From: Spirochaetia bacterium
GTDB lineage: Bacteria > Spirochaetota > Spirochaetia > UBA9216
DNA: 64,000 nt
Direction of reading: 5' to 3'
Assembly: GCA_965140585.1 (NCBI GenBank)
Contig: OZ223269.1
Span: 715,542 to 779,541, forward strand
The notes beneath the pieces are model-generated. The model had not been told where the DNA came from and did not search any database. It was given only the letters and a program-made list of their open reading frames with translations. Position numbers and translations under genes: made by a program. Of this stretch, positions 39,615 through 48,074 are shown in pieces. Each line of letters starts with the position of its first letter. Positions within the stretch are counted from its first letter, which is position 1.

Positions 39615-39650
39615 AATGTAATTGTTCACGCTAACATCGTGAATGTAATT
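39615..39650 (+). promoter_or_regulatory. Operator-like element: ATGTAATT direct repeats flanking the palindrome TTCACG-N7-CGTGAA, just upstream of the hyuA RBS
   Basis: AATGTAATTGTTCACGCTAACATCGTGAATGTAATT. The RBS GGAGGT is at 39656 and the ATG at 39667. Confidence 0.4.
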
Positions 39651-39666
39651 TTTCGGAGGTAATACA

Positions 39667-41070
39667 ATGAAGACCCTTATTAAAAACGGTACAATTGTAA
39701 CCGCCAGTGACACCTATAAGGCTGATGTCCTGATTGACGGCGAGAAGATTGCCATGATCGGTACAAACCTTCCTTCAGAAGGCGCTGAAGTTATTGATGC
39801 TTCAGGAAAATACCTTATACCCGGTGGCATTGATGCGCATACCCACCTGGATATGCCATTCGGCGGTACAATAACAGCTGACGATTTCTACACAGGACAG
39901 TCAGCAGCTGCATTCGGCGGCACTACTACCCACATTGACTTCGCTTTACAGCAGAAAGGTCAGACCCTGAAACAGGGTGTTGAAATGTGGCAGGAAAAGG
40001 CTAAAGGCAATACCATAATCGATTATGGTTTCCATATTGCAATAACCGATCCTACAGAAGAATCTATCAATGAAATTTCCACCCTCAATGATATCGGTGT
40101 TTGTTCTCTGAAGGTTTTTCAGGCTTACAAAGGCGCTTTTATGGTAGATGATACTGCGCTTTATAAGGCAATGGAGAAAACTGCAGAGGCTGATATAATG
40201 CTAATGACACACTCCGAGAACGGAGATGCCATTGCGCTGCTTACTGAAAAGCTTGTTGCTGAAGGTAAACTGGAGCCAAAGTATCATCTTGTTGCTCACC
40301 CGCGTGAAATTGAAGGCGAAGCTACTGCAAGAGCGATTGCCATGGCTGCAATAACAGGCGCAAAACTCTACGTTGTACACATGTCCTGCAGTGATTCTAT
40401 CGAACAGATGGCTATCGGACGTTCAAAGGGTTACAAGGTAATGGGTGAAACATGTACTCAGTATATGTTCAAGTTTGAAGACGATATGCGTGTTCCCGGT
40501 TTTGAAGGTGCCAAATGGGCATGCGGTCCGCCCGTAAGAACTCCGGAAGATGCAAAATACATCTGGGAAGCCCTCAGAAACACAACACTTCAGTGTGTTT
40601 CTACTGATCACTGCTCTTTCAACTATGAAGGCGGAGTTGACGGTAAGAAAGCAGGAAAGGAACTGGGTAAGCCGGGCTGGCATATGATTCCTAACGGAAT
40701 TCCCGGCATTGAAGACAGAATGATGGTTATGTACCATAACGGTGTTAATTCCGGTAAAATCGATCTTAACCGTTTTGTTGCAATTACATCAACAAATACA
40801 GCAAAGGCTATGGGCCTCTATCCAAGAAAGGGTACAATTTCAGTCGGTTCAGATGCTGATATTGTATTATGGGATCCTGAGAAGACCCATACAATCTCTG
40901 CCAAAACACATCATATGAATGTTGACTACAACGCATACGAAGGCATGGAAATCAAAGGAATGCCTGTGAGAACAATCATCCGCGGAACTACCGTTACCGA
41001 CGGAGATAAACTCTGTGTTGAGAAGGGCTTTGGACAGTACCTCATGAGAAAAGGTCCGCAGATAGTTTAA
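39667..41070 (+). CDS. hyuA: D-hydantoinase/dihydropyrimidinase
   Basis: 467 aa. GGIDAHTHLDMPFGGT metal-binding motif and cyclic amidohydrolase architecture. Confidence 0.85.
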   Translation: MKTLIKNGTIVTASDTYKADVLIDGEKIAMIGTNLPSEGAEVIDASGKYLIPGGIDAHTHLDMPFGGTITADDFYTGQSAAAFGGTTTHIDFALQQKGQTLKQGVEMWQEKAKGNTIIDYGFHIAITDPTEESINEISTLNDIGVCSLKVFQAYKGAFMVDDTALYKAMEKTAEADIMLMTHSENGDAIALLTEKLVAEGKLEPKYHLVAHPREIEGEATARAIAMAAITGAKLYVVHMSCSDSIEQMAIGRSKGYKVMGETCTQYMFKFEDDMRVPGFEGAKWACGPPVRTPEDAKYIWEALRNTTLQCVSTDHCSFNYEGGVDGKKAGKELGKPGWHMIPNGIPGIEDRMMVMYHNGVNSGKIDLNRFVAITSTNTAKAMGLYPRKGTISVGSDADIVLWDPEKTHTISAKTHHMNVDYNAYEGMEIKGMPVRTIIRGTTVTDGDKLCVEKGFGQYLMRKGPQIV

Positions 41071-41088
41071 CAGATTTATAGAATAAAA

Positions 41089-41118
41089 AAGCAGCCTGTA
41101 TCGGCTGCTTTTTTTTGA
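41089..41118. terminator. Bidirectional terminator between hyuA (+) and lipA (-)
   Basis: A6-GCAGCC-TGTATC-GGCTGC-T8. Confidence 0.6.
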
Positions 41119-41130
41119 CTTATGTAAAAA

Positions 41131-41997
41131 TCAGGATTTAATATTTTTCATTGCTTCATCTGCAAGATATGAACTGCGGACCAGCGGTGCGGATGAAACA
41201 TGTAGAAATCCTAGTTTCATCGCTTTTTCCGCGTACATGTCAAACTGTTCCGGTGTAGTGTATTCGATTATCGGGTGATGTTTATCTGAAGGTGAAAGAT
41301 ACTGTCCGACTGTAAGAAAATCACAGCCGGCCTTTCTGAGATCACTGAAAACCTCAATAACTTCATCGGTTTTTTCACCGAGTCCGGTCATCAGCCCTGA
41401 TTTAGTGTAGATTTTATCAGAAAAAGTTTTTACTTTTTCAAGAAGTTCAAGTGACTGCCGGTAGTCGGCCATCGGACGCACTTCATCATAAAGCCGCGGT
41501 ACAGTTTCAATGTTGTGATTTATAATATGAGGACCGGCATATATAACTTTTTTCAGGTCATCGGTAACGCCCTGGAAATCAGGTATAAGAACCTCGATAA
41601 TTACATCTGAATATGCTTTTTTTATTGCGGTAATTACATTCGCGAAATGATCGGAGCCGCCGTCGGGGAGATCGTCTCTTGTAACCGATGTTATAACGAC
41701 ATGTTTCAGCTTTAATTCTTTGACAGCCTGCGCAATATTCTCCGGTTCAGAAGATAATACATCTTCAGGAGTTCCGCCTGATACGTTGCAGAAGGTACAG
41801 TTTCTCGTGCATACCTTTCCCAGAATCATAAAAGTAGCTGTTTTTCTGTTAAAGCATTCACCCTTGTTCGGGCAGGCAGCTTCTTCGCAGACAGTATTAA
41901 GATTAAGAGACTCAAGAAGGTTTTCAACAAAGGAAAAATCAGCTCCCGCACGGTATCTTACTTTAAGCCATTCCGGCCTGCCTGAATTAGATTTCAA
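41131..41997 (-). CDS. lipA: Lipoyl synthase
   Basis: 288 aa. [11 protein letters not shown] and radical-SAM CTRNCTFC motifs. Confidence 0.9.
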   Translation of the reverse strand: MKSNSGRPEWLKVRYRAGADFSFVENLLESLNLNTVCEEAACPNKGECFNRKTATFMILGKVCTRNCTFCNVSGGTPEDVLSSEPENIAQAVKELKLKHVVITSVTRDDLPDGGSDHFANVITAIKKAYSDVIIEVLIPDFQGVTDDLKKVIYAGPHIINHNIETVPRLYDEVRPMADYRQSLELLEKVKTFSDKIYTKSGLMTGLGEKTDEVIEVFSDLRKAGCDFLTVGQYLSPSDKHHPIIEYTTPEQFDMYAEKAMKLGFLHVSSAPLVRSSYLADEAMKNIKS

Positions 41998-42664
41998 GTA
42001 TTTCTCCTATGCTTTTCTCAGCAATGTCTACTCTGAAGACCTTCGAAAAATGTTTAAGTGTCAGTTGTTTTACCAGTTCAAAGTCGACTGCTTTCCGAAG
42101 TTCTTTCTCAAGAGACGTTACGCTGCGATCAGCCAGTCCGCAGGGAATTATCCAGTCAAAATGCCTCAGGTTGGTCTTTACATTAAATGCAAAGCCGTGA
42201 AAACTTATCCACTTCCGTACAGCTATCCCGATTGCTGTTATTTTTCTCGATCCGATATATACGCCTGTGTATTTACCCTTGTCCGATGTTGTTTCAATTC
42301 CGTATTCTTCTTTAAGCAGATTCTCAATTACACTCTCAAGCATGCTGACATAAAGATGAAGATCCTTTCCGAATTCTTCAAGCCTCAGTATCGGGTATCC
42401 AACTAGCTGGCCGGGACCGTGATAGGTTACATCGCCTCCGCGTTCAACATCAAAGAGTTCAACGCCTTCATCTTTTAGCATATCGTCTGTGGCAAGAATG
42501 TTTTTTCTTTCGGTTCGCCGCCCCATAGTTAATACCGGGTTGTGCTCAACAAAGAAAAGGGTGTTTGAAAGTTTGTTCTGCTGAATGAGGGATACAGCCT
42601 TATGCTGTATCTCCAGGGCTTCACCGTAATTCATTCTGCCTAAATCAACAAAATTCAAAATCAT
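41987..42664 (-). CDS. lipB: Octanoyltransferase (lipoyl(octanoyl) transferase)
   Basis: [19 protein letters not shown] motif. Start taken at the ATG for MILNFVDLG; the track ORF starts at a TTG at 42691. Confidence 0.8.
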   Translation of the reverse strand: MILNFVDLGRMNYGEALEIQHKAVSLIQQNKLSNTLFFVEHNPVLTMGRRTERKNILATDDMLKDEGVELFDVERGGDVTYHGPGQLVGYPILRLEEFGKDLHLYVSMLESVIENLLKEEYGIETTSDKGKYTGVYIGSRKITAIGIAVRKWISFHGFAFNVKTNLRHFDWIIPCGLADRSVTSLEKELRKAVDFELVKQLTLKHFSKVFRVDIAEKSIGEILEI

Positions 42665-42790
42665 AAACAGGAGTATACTTAAAAACAGCAATTTTTAATA
42701 GAGAGGAAAATATTCTGAATTATTAACCAAATGTTGGTTTGCGAAAATTCGAAACTTCATTATATAATATCCATATATGAGGAGAGGAAT

Positions 42791-44074
42791 ATGGACAGAG
42801 TGATTATCATTATTTTGGGCGGCGGAAAGGGTACCAGGCTTTATCCTCTTACAAAGGAACGTGCAAAACCAGCAGTTTCTTTCGGCGGAAAATACAGACT
42901 TATTGACATCGCCATATCAAACAGTATTAATTCCGGTTTCAGACAGATTTATATTCTTACCCAGTTTGAATCGGCATCGCTTAACCTTCATGTCAACAGG
43001 GCATATCAGTTTGATGTATTTTCAAAGGGCTTTGTTGAAATCCTTGCAGCCTCACAGACTCATTCAAGCAGCGGATGGTATGAGGGCACAGCTGATGCTG
43101 TAAGAAAAAACCTTCAGCGTTTTGCAGATAACCAGCCCACGCATTATATGATTTTATCCGGAGACCAGCTGTATAAGATGGATTTAAAAGATTTCCTGAA
43201 CAAGCACAAGGAACGGGCTGCCGAAATTTCTATTGCATCCACCCCTGTTACAAGGACAGATGCTAATGAACTTGGAATACTTCAGACGGATAATAAAAAT
43301 ACAATCGACATGTTTCTTGAAAAGCCGGGTCCCAGCCTGGATATAAATGATTATAAAATTCCCCAGGAAGTTGCCGAACGTAACTCGATACGACCGGAAT
43401 CCGGAAAAGACTATCTGGCTTCTATGGGTATCTATCTTTTTAATGCTGATGTTATGCACAGATGTCTGGAATCTGACTTCACCGATTTCGGCAAGGAGAT
43501 TATTCCGGAGGCTATAAAAAGTCTTAATGTTAAATCATATGTATACAACGGCTATTGGGAGGATATCGGAACGATTAAAAACTTCTATGAGGCTAACATC
43601 AACCTTGCTTCAATAGAGCCGAACTTCAATCTGTATGATGAAGAAAACCCTGTATATAACTATAGAAGGCATCTTCCTCCCTCAAAAATCAATTCCTGTA
43701 CTTTCAAACAGTCTCTTGCAGCTGAAGGCTCAATTATAACTGATGCATCAATCTCATATTCAATTGTCGGTGCAAGAACCATAATTTCAGATGGAGCTAC
43801 ACTTGACGGCGTATACTGTATGGGTGCCGACTTTTATGAAACACCCGAGCAGATAGAAGATAACAGAAAGAAGAATATTCCGAATGTGGGCATAGGCCGC
43901 GGCGCTATCATAAAAAGGGCAATAATCGATAAAAACGCCAGAATAGGCGCTCACTGTCGTATAGGAATAGATAATTTTGAGCGCAGGGACGGAGATTACG
44001 GCAATTATCATATAGTTGACGGAGTTCTGATTATTCATAAAAATGCAATTCTTCAGGATGGAACTGCAATCTGA
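42791..44074 (+). CDS. glgC: Glucose-1-phosphate adenylyltransferase
   Basis: Start taken at MDRVIIIILGGGKGTRLYPLT (RBS GGAGAGGAA); the track ORF begins at 42731. PAV.FGGKYRLID motif. Confidence 0.9.
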   Translation: MDRVIIIILGGGKGTRLYPLTKERAKPAVSFGGKYRLIDIAISNSINSGFRQIYILTQFESASLNLHVNRAYQFDVFSKGFVEILAASQTHSSSGWYEGTADAVRKNLQRFADNQPTHYMILSGDQLYKMDLKDFLNKHKERAAEISIASTPVTRTDANELGILQTDNKNTIDMFLEKPGPSLDINDYKIPQEVAERNSIRPESGKDYLASMGIYLFNADVMHRCLESDFTDFGKEIIPEAIKSLNVKSYVYNGYWEDIGTIKNFYEANINLASIEPNFNLYDEENPVYNYRRHLPPSKINSCTFKQSLAAEGSIITDASISYSIVGARTIISDGATLDGVYCMGADFYETPEQIEDNRKKNIPNVGIGRGAIIKRAIIDKNARIGAHCRIGIDNFERRDGDYGNYHIVDGVLIIHKNAILQDGTAI

Positions 44075-44097
44075 AAAACAATAAACCTTTTAACCAG

Positions 44098-46071
44098 CTG
44101 ATTCAGGAAGATTCCTATCTCTCGCCCTATGCCGGAAATCTTCAGAGACGAATAGATCTGTATAACTACAGGAAGCATCACCTGCTTGAAAGTATCGAAG
44201 GTTTCGGCAGGTCATTTGAATATTACGGAGTTCATAAACAGGGCAAAAACACCTGTATACGCGAATGGGCTCCTAACGCTGATGAAATGTATCTGCTATC
44301 GGACCGGACCTCATGGCTCTGTTCGGATGATTACCGGTTCAGCCGTCTGAATGAACACGGGGACTGGGAAATTATACTGCCTGAAGGTGTGCTGGAACAT
44401 GGAGATTATTTCAGGCTTTATCTGAAGTGGAAGGGCGGTGAAGGTGACCGTATTCCTGCATATGCCACAAGGGTTGAGCAGGACAGTCAGACATACATTT
44501 ACTGCTCACGAATGTGGAACCCGGCGCAGGAATATAAATGGTCTGTAAAAGATTTTACCCCATCCAGGGAACCGGTTATTTACGAAGCCCACATTGGAAT
44601 GGCGGCGGAACATTATGGTATAGGGACATTCAATGAATTTCGTGAGAATGTCCTGCCGAGAATAATCTCTGCGGGCTTTAATACCGTTCAGTTTATGGCC
44701 CTCATGGAACATCCTTATTACGGGTCCTTCGGTTATCAGGTTGCTAATTTCTTTGCATTAAGTTCCAAATACGGGACACCCGATGAATTCAAGTTTCTGG
44801 TAGATGAATGTCACCGCAACGGTGTAGCTGTAATTATGGATCTTGTTCACAGCCATGCGGTTAAAAATGAACTTGAGGGCTTAAGTAATTTCGATGGAAC
44901 CCCCTATCTGTATTTTCATGAGGGGCCCCGCGGATATCATCCGGCATGGGATTCAAGATGCTTTGACTATTCCAACAGCAATGTGATTAATTTTCTGCTT
45001 TCAAACTGTGTCTACTGGATTGAAGAATACCATATTGATGGCTACCGTTTTGACGGTGTGACAAGTATGCTCTATCATGATCACGGTCTGGGAGCTTCCT
45101 TTGATAACTATGACAAGTATTTCGGCGCCAATACTGATGAAGATGCCGTATGCTACCTTTCTCTTGCAAATCATCTGATACACAGCATTAAACCTGATTT
45201 TATTACTATTGCCGAAGATATGAGCGGTATGCCGGGAATGGCAAGGGAGGCAGAAGCGGGGGGCTGCGGCTTTGATTACCGCTTGGCAATGGGTATACCT
45301 GATTTCTGGATAAAGTTGCTTAAGGAAAAGAGCGATGAACAGTGGAGTCCCGGCGAAATATGGGGAGTGCTTAATAACCGCAGATTTACTGAAAAGCATA
45401 TAGCATATTCTGAAAGTCATGACCAGGCGCTGGTTGGCGATAAAACCCTTATATTCCGCATGCTTGATTCTGCTATGTATACAGATATGTCTATCGGTAC
45501 CCAATCGTTAACAGTCAGCCGGGGAATTGCCCTTATAAAGATAATAAATATGCTTACATTCTCCCTGGGCGGAGACGGTTATATGTGTTTTATGGGGAAT
45601 GAATTCGGCCATCCGGAATGGATTGATTTTCCAAGGGAGGGAAACGGCTGGAGCTATCATTATGCAAGGCGTCAATGGTCTCTCAGCAGCAACAGGGATT
45701 TGAGGTACGGAAGAATACTGGAATTTACTGGTGATATGCTTCATCTGTGCAGTGATGTTCTTAAGAGCAGTCATCCGGGCCTTCTTTGTCTTCACGAAGA
45801 TGATCAAGTTCTTGCCTATAGCCGGGGAGAGCTGTATTTTATAGTCAATATGAGCGGAACTAAGTCATACCGTGACTACAGAATAAATGTTCCTGCGGGA
45901 AGTTATCATCTTCTTCTTGATTCTGATTCAGAAAAGTACGATGGTAGTGGAAGGATCCCCGGTAATCTTGTACTTAAAGCTGCAGATTACAAAAGCGATT
46001 CCGGTTGGATTACTCCATACCTTCCGACAAGGACAGTCCTTGTCTTCAGAAGGACAAGTCCCGGAGGATAA
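44098..46071 (+). CDS. glgB: 1,4-alpha-glucan branching enzyme (GH13, eukaryote-like GBE type). The 5' end is uncertain
   Basis: Conserved N-terminus YLSPYAGNLQRR...REWAPNADEMYL lies in frame upstream of the first ATG (44287) with no ATG/GTG/TTG after the stop at 44038. The given start is the in-frame CTG (ATT at 44101 is the alternative). GH13 regions (DLVHSH, GYRFDGVTSM, EDMSG) lie downstream. Confidence 0.75.
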   Translation: MIQEDSYLSPYAGNLQRRIDLYNYRKHHLLESIEGFGRSFEYYGVHKQGKNTCIREWAPNADEMYLLSDRTSWLCSDDYRFSRLNEHGDWEIILPEGVLEHGDYFRLYLKWKGGEGDRIPAYATRVEQDSQTYIYCSRMWNPAQEYKWSVKDFTPSREPVIYEAHIGMAAEHYGIGTFNEFRENVLPRIISAGFNTVQFMALMEHPYYGSFGYQVANFFALSSKYGTPDEFKFLVDECHRNGVAVIMDLVHSHAVKNELEGLSNFDGTPYLYFHEGPRGYHPAWDSRCFDYSNSNVINFLLSNCVYWIEEYHIDGYRFDGVTSMLYHDHGLGASFDNYDKYFGANTDEDAVCYLSLANHLIHSIKPDFITIAEDMSGMPGMAREAEAGGCGFDYRLAMGIPDFWIKLLKEKSDEQWSPGEIWGVLNNRRFTEKHIAYSESHDQALVGDKTLIFRMLDSAMYTDMSIGTQSLTVSRGIALIKIINMLTFSLGGDGYMCFMGNEFGHPEWIDFPREGNGWSYHYARRQWSLSSNRDLRYGRILEFTGDMLHLCSDVLKSSHPGLLCLHEDDQVLAYSRGELYFIVNMSGTKSYRDYRINVPAGSYHLLLDSDSEKYDGSGRIPGNLVLKAADYKSDSGWITPYLPTRTVLVFRRTSPGG

Positions 46072-46072
46072 G

Positions 46073-48046
46073 ATGACTCCATTAGACAGAATCAAAAGTA
46101 TAGTAACTGACACCTTTGAAGGACTGACATCCGAATGGCTGATAACTAATTCAAAGGGCGGATTTTCATCATCTACTGCCATAGGCTGCCATACAAGGAA
46201 ATATCACGGACTGCTTGTTACCACTCTTCCGGAAAGAGAGGGGCGCATTCATTTTCTCTCATCCATAGAAGAAAATATTAATAGCTCCAGTCAAATCAGG
46301 CTTGGGAATAATATATACCCCGGAGTGATGTATCCGGAGGGATATGGATATATCAGGGAATTCGGTACTCTTCCGGTTCCGACATGGATTTACAGTTTCG
46401 GTGATATTCTTTTGAAGAAAGAGATACTGATGCGTGATGAAGAGGCTTCAGTATTAATTGTATATACCCTTATGGAAGGTGAGGAAACTCTTCCCGTTGA
46501 ACTGAGGCTGCTTTTTACCTTTCGCGACAGCCACACAACAACCAGAGAAAATATAGATTTAAAAAAAGATATCAGCTTCAGTCAGGATGGGTATAGTATT
46601 CAGCCTTATTCAATGCTGCCTCCGGCCTATGTTTCATTCAGCGGAGACTGGGCGCATTTTGGTGATTTTTACTGGGATCATAATGTCATATATGAAATTG
46701 AACGGGAGAGAGGTCTGGATTTTGAAGAGGATCGCTTTGTTCCCGGACATGAAAAAATCACACTGAATAAGGGGCAGCCATTCGTTGTAAAAGTTTCAGC
46801 AGGTGCAGAAAACAGATCTGACGGAGATACTGTTGAAGAATACGGTAAAATCCTGGCTAAAAAGATAAGTTTTACAGAAAACATTAAAACAGATAAGGAT
46901 CTGCTTTCACTGGGAGCAAATGATTTTCTTGTCAGCAGTTTTTCCGGTCTGAAATCGGTTAATGCCGGTTATCCGTGGTTCGGAGAGTGGGGTCGGGATA
47001 CCATGATAGCGCTTCCGGGGCTTACCTGGTGCAACGGCAATCTTGCCTGGGGGCTTGATGTTTTAAAAGATTATGCTGGTATGATTAAAAACGGCATGCT
47101 GCCTAATACTATCGGTGAGTCACAGGGCTTTACGTCCTACAATTCAATTGATGCAGGTCTGCTTTACTGCAGGGCGGTTATGAAACTCTTAGAGTACGGC
47201 TACGGAAATAAGTCCGGTGAAGTGGATTTTATACGTTCTGTTTTGTTTCCGGCAGTCACGAGCATCGTGGAAGCCTTTTTGAATAATATCGTCCCTGAAA
47301 CAAGACTTGATTCCAGCGGGCTGATATCCACCGGAAATGAAAATACTCAGCTCACCTGGATGGATGCTACTTCCAAAGGGAAGCCTGTAACATCAAGGCA
47401 CGGCTATGCAGTAGAGCTTAATGCAATGTGGTATGACAGCTTTATCCTCATTAAAAAGCTCTGCGCAATGATAAAAACAGACGTACCGGCCTATGCGGAT
47501 GAGTATATCAATAAATTACCTGCAGCTTTTAAAGAGGCTTTCTGGAATGTGGAAGATGGCTTTTTAAGCGATACCTGTGTGAACGGTGCGGCGGATCATA
47601 AGCTGAGGCCTAATCTTCTGTTTGCAACCTCAGCTTCAGATGGTCTTATTGATCGTGATATAAGAAGAGCATCAATAAATATGGTAAAAGAGAAACTTCT
47701 TACACCAATGGGATTAAGAACCTTGTCTCCGGATCATTCCGATTTCCGGGGAGAATATACAGGCGGTTCTGATGAAAGGGATGCAAAATACCACCAGGGA
47801 ACTGTATGGCCCTGGCTGATTGGTGTCATGGTTGAATCAAGTCTTCTATATTGCGAAGATAAGAAAAAAGAATTAAAATTCTGGGGTGATTATCTGGATA
47901 ATCTTCTTGATAATCATTTATACAGGCAGGGTGTGGGTTATATTTCCGAAATCTTCGACGGGGCAATGCCGGAGAACGGAAAGGGATGCTTCGCACAGGC
48001 CTGGAGTACCGGTGAATTATTAAGGGCATACTCTCTGCTGAAATAA
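46073..48046 (+). CDS. Glycogen debranching enzyme (amylo-alpha-1,6-glucosidase, GDE_N + GDE_C six-hairpin type)
   Basis: Start taken at MTPLDRIKS (RBS GGAGGA, 1 nt after the glgB stop); the track ORF begins at 45887. GYPWFGEWGRDTMIALPGL motif. Confidence 0.8.
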   Translation: MTPLDRIKSIVTDTFEGLTSEWLITNSKGGFSSSTAIGCHTRKYHGLLVTTLPEREGRIHFLSSIEENINSSSQIRLGNNIYPGVMYPEGYGYIREFGTLPVPTWIYSFGDILLKKEILMRDEEASVLIVYTLMEGEETLPVELRLLFTFRDSHTTTRENIDLKKDISFSQDGYSIQPYSMLPPAYVSFSGDWAHFGDFYWDHNVIYEIERERGLDFEEDRFVPGHEKITLNKGQPFVVKVSAGAENRSDGDTVEEYGKILAKKISFTENIKTDKDLLSLGANDFLVSSFSGLKSVNAGYPWFGEWGRDTMIALPGLTWCNGNLAWGLDVLKDYAGMIKNGMLPNTIGESQGFTSYNSIDAGLLYCRAVMKLLEYGYGNKSGEVDFIRSVLFPAVTSIVEAFLNNIVPETRLDSSGLISTGNENTQLTWMDATSKGKPVTSRHGYAVELNAMWYDSFILIKKLCAMIKTDVPAYADEYINKLPAAFKEAFWNVEDGFLSDTCVNGAADHKLRPNLLFATSASDGLIDRDIRRASINMVKEKLLTPMGLRTLSPDHSDFRGEYTGGSDERDAKYHQGTVWPWLIGVMVESSLLYCEDKKKELKFWGDYLDNLLDNHLYRQGVGYISEIFDGAMPENGKGCFAQAWSTGELLRAYSLLK

Positions 48047-48074
48047 AGGAGAGTCCTTGCCGCAAGGAGCGGTT

